Assembly: GCA_002269645.1 (NCBI GenBank)
Contig: NIVC01002239.1
Span: forward strand, 217,696 to 281,695
Direction of reading: 5' to 3'
DNA: 64,000 nucleotides
Source: Macrostomum lignano
Lineage: Eukaryota
Shown: positions 60,436 to 64,000 of the stretch, in pieces
How the letters are laid out: each line of letters begins with the position of its first letter
Position numbering within the stretch: position 1 is the stretch's first letter
Position numbers and translations under genes: made by a program
Notes under the pieces: model-generated
Databases searched by the model: none
Told to the model about the DNA's origin: nothing
Seen by the model: the letters and a program-made list of their open reading frames with translations, nothing else

Positions 60436-61822
60436 TCAATCCTGCTTGAGCGGCGGCTTGTCGGGCAGCTGCGGGACAGCAAGGCCGTATTGCATGGCCA
60501 GCCTCTTGAACACGGTGATGTGGAAGAATGCCATCAGCACCTCCATGTCCTTCTCGGTGAGGTCCCTCGGGTACTCCTTGCGCTCAATGGTGGTCTTGGA
60601 GTAAATTCCGCCGACGTAGGACTTGGAGTTCTGGATGTACTGCACATTGGGAGCCAGAATGAAGGCCTGGGCAACGTTCACCACAATGACGTTGTACTTG
60701 CCGTCGCCACGGTTGGCGCAAACGACGTCGACGAACTGGACCTTGCTGGTGGAGGACCGGTCAGCGTTGAAGGCGATGTCGAAGTCGTTCCAGGTCTGGG
60801 ACTCTGCCATGGAGCCGATGATGATGGCGTCCTCGACGTTCTGGAACACGTCCGCGTTGAGGTTGATGAGCCTGGGTAGAACCCTGAGGTAGGTACCCAG
60901 GAGATTGTCCATGTTGATGCCGATCGTCACAGAGGTCTTGGCGGTCTGCTCGTAGCGGGAGAAGCCCTCGCCAGCGACCTCCTTGATGATGGTGCTGGTG
61001 CTGGTAGTCTTGAAAATGTTGATCAGCTTCGGGACGATGTCGAGACCAGCGCTGATCAGTCCGATGGCAGTCATGGGGTCAATGTAAGCCTGCTCCATGC
61101 CAGGGACTTCGATGTCCAGCATTCTGGCGAAGCGGCCAAGAGCGGCCTGGCAGAAGAAGGACTTCAGCAGCTCGACATCCTCCAGCTTCAGCTTGGCGGG
61201 AATGCGCTCAACGCGGATGTTGGCGCGCTGCACCAGACCCCAGGCGTAGCTCTTGCGCTCCTCGATCAGCACGATGTCCGGAGCCAGCTGGAAGGAGCTC
61301 TTGAAGTCGGCAATCATGAAGTCGTAGGTGTTGTGGGCCAAGTCGCGGTGGCCCAGAACGCAGACGTATTTGCAGTTGGAGCCGCTGTCCTGATCGAAGA
61401 TGATATCGATGAGGCTCCAGTCGGTGTTATCAGCGAACTTGATGATCTCCATGCTGGCCAGGAAGCCGTCGCGCTTGTCGTTCTTGATCTCCAGGTGTCA
61501 GTCAGGTAGGCGGCGAAGGCGTCGAAGCTGTCGGCGTCCACGCCCTCGATGGCCTGCATGGAGGCGGACTGGCTGTAGTGGGTGTAGCCGTTGTTGGTGA
61601 CCCTCTGCAGCTCGACCGGCAGGGCGGTGCTCTTCGATTCGATCAGGTTCTTGATGCTCGGGAACCGCTCGGCCCAGGTCTTCAGCTTCGGGCCCAGTCC
61701 GCGGTGAACGGCTCGGGGTTGCGGTACACTTCATGGTGCTTCGGCTGGAAGTCGTAGCCGTAGTAGTTGGTGGCGCTGAAGGTGTTCTCTGCGAGGTCAG
61801 AGTTGGTAGTGAATGAATGCAT
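60436..61822 (-). pseudogene. Intronless gene of unknown family with an internal two-domain duplication; two frameshifts as assembled (about 462 aa if restored)
   Basis: ATG at 61822 (MHSFTTNSDLAENTF) with strong C/G3 codon bias throughout. The frame is one base short near 61690 (GAC TGG GC CCG AAG) and near 61495 (GAC AC CTG GAG), then a 338-aa ORF runs to the stop at 60436. Confidence 0.7.
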
Positions 61823-62605
61823 TTTGTAAGTTCTTGGTTGTGTTCAAAATACGTAGCAGTCTAAGACATATCTCGACGTAATGCAAATAGATTTGGAGCT
61901 GATTGACTTACCAGCGGCCGCAAAGGCAGCAAGGGAGAGCAGAATGACGAGCTTCATCGTGCAGTGTCTATCGAGGCAGGCTCGAGGCTGAAGTTTTGTG
62001 TGTAAATCTCACCAATTATATAGAGAAAATTTAGACAGGTCTCGCGAGCTCCAGAAGACGCCTCGGTAATTTGTTTCTGCTGTGGGAAGCGAACACTTGC
62101 CCGATTTGGTGCTGTCAAAATTTGGACCCTCAGTAGCTAGTTGCCTTCTCGGGCGGGCAGCCTTCCGCAGCTGGTGACTAACTATACTTGACTGATTAGG
62201 TTGACTTTGAGTTCGGTTATCCCAAGCAGCCGCTAATAGTCTCACGACTTGTCAGTCCTGGAATATCGCTCTCTGTTCTTGACAAGTCTTACTAAACCTC
62301 TGTTCTTGACAAGTGACAGCATGGCTATGCATTCGTGCCTGTCAAACTCGAGCCGATAATGCCACTCGCTTGTCACTGCTTATACGATGGTTCAGACGGT
62401 TGCGAGGTATTATTTGCACTTTTTGTGCCTTTTGCGATGTTTGCGATGGACTTCTATAGAATTGCGAGCTCGTAGATGCTTTAGCGGCTTTGGCTCGTAT
62501 TTTAGGTAAATTTCGCCTTTAAATTAGAGAGCTACGGCTCTCAAGCAATGCAGCAGATTTCACACCACCTAAATTTCACAACGCCTAAAAGCACTATGGA
62601 GATTT

Positions 62606-63155
62606 GGTCTTTCTTTGTGGTGTTCTTCTGCCGTGGTCGCAGCCAACTTTGCCACAGCCGCCGCCGTCACCGTCGAAGCTCCGCCAGTTGAACTGCCAGC
62701 CAGGCTGCTGTTGGTGCGCCGTCTGGCCGAGGCTCGTCGAGCTGTCGGTGTGTCGGTGGCGGGTCGGAGTGGGTCAGGATTGTGGCTCATTGACTCATGG
62801 TGGGGATTTGCTCAATTTGATTTGGAGAGGTCTGGGCTGGCAGAATGGGTCACTGGGTTAAGAATTGCCTTATGGCTAGATTGGGTCAGGAAGGGTCAGA
62901 AAGAACTGGATTGGGTCAGAAGGGTCAGCAAGAATTGGATTGGGTCAGAAGGTCAGCAAGTACTGGATTGGGTCAGGAAGGGTCAGCAAGAACTGGATTG
63001 GGTCAGGAAGGGTCAGAAAGAACTGTTTTGGGTCAGGAAGGGTCAGCAAGAACTGGATTGGGTCGGGAAGGGTCAGCAAGAACTGGATTGGGTCAGGAAG
63101 GGTCAGAAAGAACTGGATTGGATCAGGAAGAACTGGATTGGGTCAAGACTGACCA
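62606..63155 (-). pseudogene. Inverted, decayed duplicate of nAChR intron 5 + exon 6
   Basis: Reverse complement matches 55247-~55610 (cccactccgacccgccaccgacacaccgacagctcga...cagcagcctggctggcagttcaactggcggagcttcgac), with deletions in the exon copy. Confidence 0.88.
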
Positions 63156-63772
63156 GTGTTGTGATCTATAGCGCTCTTCCTGTTATCGGGTTATATACCA
63201 TATTGAATATACTGTATAGTACAAGCGGAAAAAGTATAGCCTTTTTGCTACCCGCTGGATCAATATGTATACATGTATGTTGATGTATACATTTGCTCCT
63301 CATTAGGAAGTGACGTGACGCGAAAGTCAGGAGCTGATTGTTGCTTAATAACTAATGTGAATGCTTGCGATATATTTGTAGAATAGCCAAAGTAACTTGA
63401 CGAGTTAAAGACGAGAGAGAATAGCTTAAATATTGTAAATATTGAATTTCACTGATGCAGTGGCACTGTGAGTGGAGAGAGTACAAAATGGTAGAGATTA
63501 AGGGGCGAGGCAATAGCTAGCGCTATGATGCACATGGAACAGAGTAGAGTACGCATAGAGTACACAATGATTTACTGAGTACACGCAGATCGCAAGCTGC
63601 AAACAAAGTGACTAAGCGAAGTTAAACAAACAAACCCCCCCACAGTTACACAGCTCACAACCCAAGCAACCGTCACTTCATCTCCCCCCTTCGAATCGAG
63701 CTGGTGGCAGGCCCCTTGTCGAACGAATCGGATAGCGAGGCAGCTTCACCGGCTAGGGGCCGGCGGTGCTTT

Positions 63773-64000
63773 CAGCCATCGGCTCCGGCCGATGCAACTC
63801 GGTTGGCTCCCCGCCCCTGCAGTCCGATAGCTTCGCCATCTTCAGCGGATGCAGTAGCGGCGTCGCCGCCACCGCCGCTCTTGGTATCTTGGCAGCTGGT
63901 CTGCGGCCTTGACAGCATCGCATCGTCGTCTGTGGCGCGGGAGGTTGCCGGATCATCGGCTCCGGCCTCGATGCGTTCACTCAGCTGGTCTGCATGCGCC
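63773..64000 (-). CDS. Possible terminal coding exon of a gene entering from the right edge
   Basis: GC-rich open frame AHADQLSERIEAGADDPATSRATDDDAM...SAGADG*; no recognisable motif. Confidence 0.3.

Overview
This is eukaryotic (animal) genomic DNA, not prokaryotic. It shows GT-AG spliced genes with GC3-rich codons, AT-rich intergenic DNA and introns filled with minisatellites. That combination resembles a free-living flatworm genome such as Macrostomum; this is an inference, not a search result. Genes reconstructed by hand with phase-consistent exons: the 5' half of a conventional PKC (minus strand), an intronless divergent alpha-tubulin, an uncharacterised 5-exon gene with a possible KH-like domain, and a DEG/ENaC channel with a frameshift plus a stop. 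Also reconstructed: a coiled-coil/beta-propeller gene, a complete 12-exon NRPS-like A-T-R-SDR enzyme with the architecture of fungal ATRR glycine-betaine reductase (the top finding), and an 8-exon strawberry-notch-like helicase ending in PIP-like motifs and a UBZ4-like finger. The last two coding loci are a complete 8-exon nAChR alpha subunit with one GC-AG intron and an intronless, internally duplicated unknown gene with two frameshifts. Mobile DNA: a decayed MULE inside inverted repeats, a 5'-truncated RNase H LINE with a 17-bp TSD, two tRNA-derived SINEs, a MITE-like element carrying a tandem array, and an inverted decayed copy of an nAChR exon. Most long ORFs in the supplied track are artefacts of tandem repeats. 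Exon and repeat coordinates were counted by eye and may be off by a few bases.
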